Assembly (NCBI GenBank): GCA_043228905.1
Contig: JBHGNT010000018.1
Location: forward strand, 11,036,001-11,100,000
Length of the DNA stretch: 64,000 bases
Direction: 5' to 3'
From: Azolla caroliniana
Lineage: Eukaryota > Plantae > Polypodiophyta
Shown piece after piece: positions 63,662 through 64,000 of the stretch. Within the stretch, counting starts at the first letter, position 1. Every line of letters starts with the position of its first letter. The position numbers and the translations under genes are program-made. The notes beneath the pieces were generated by a model, which worked only from the letters and a program-made list of their open reading frames with translations, was not told the origin of the DNA and ran no database searches.

Positions 63662-64000
63662 GAAGCGTAAAGCAATAAAGCCGGAATCTGATTCCTTAAA
63701 TCGAAGTACTCCAAAGACTGAAACAACCATTTGACAGATGGAAGTTGTGTTCGAAGGGGCGTGTTGAGAATCGAATTCAACTTCCCATAGATAGGTTTCA
63801 CAGTAGCTCATGGACATGTTGGGCTAGTTTTGTAAATAGTAGAGAGGGCACTTGCTTAGTTTAGTTGGTATATAAACCAACGCATTGTAACTCAGTGATC
63901 GTTGGATGTTTTATGCTTTGATGTAATTTTGGTTAACATACAATTTGTCTATCTCTGTCGTAAGAGCTCTCTCTCTCTCACTCACTCTCTCTCTATCTTG

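Larger units (their letters stand above)
33139..64000 (+). mobile_element. Outer Ty1/copia hosting two gypsy insertions: 5' LTR 33139-33213 + 42750-42988, PBS 42989-43000, gag 43073-43525, rest 59884-63660, 3' LTR from 63762 (runs off window)
   Basis: LTR pieces match 63762-64000; TGGTATCAGAGC; gag ...ICLGG|LAPRF continuous across the 43526-59878 insert. Confidence 0.92.

Overview
Gene-free, repeat-saturated plant chromatin, probably a moss or other bryophyte (inferred from the retroelement types; not provable from the sequence). About 90% of the window is a multi-layer nest of LTR retrotransposons, and most insertions can be ordered from exact target-site duplications (TSDs). Contents: (1) the 3' half of a Phygy-like Ty3/gypsy (1-3393), inserted in a Ty1/copia 5' end (3394-4050), which is itself inserted in the 3' LTR of a chromovirus (4051-~13400); (2) an intact, young Tnt1/Tork-like copia (7110-12419, TSD GTTTA, single 1357-aa ORF); (3) a second Phygy-like element (13974-21495) with a duplicated integrase; (4) a non-LTR island (21596-25719) with a TAGCTA palindromic minisatellite, a spliced DNA-transposase-like exon, an 84-bp higher-order repeat and a LINE-ORF1-like fragment; (5) several copies of one copia clade with doubled PPTs; (6) two full-length non-chromovirus gypsy elements (33214-42744 minus; 43526-59878 plus) carrying an extra ~3 kb 3' ORF. 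Most notable: in both of these last elements the polypurine tract is absent. In its place, 2 nt before the 3' LTR, is a sense copy of the 3' end of tRNA-Arg(UCU), including CCA and the T-arm split by a conserved hairpin. This is an inverted second PBS and suggests tRNA-primed or tRNA-mimic-primed plus-strand synthesis. The Phygy-like LTRs also carry tRNA-like A-box/B-box (Pol III) cassettes. All alignments and counts were done by eye, and tRNA sequences are recalled from memory.
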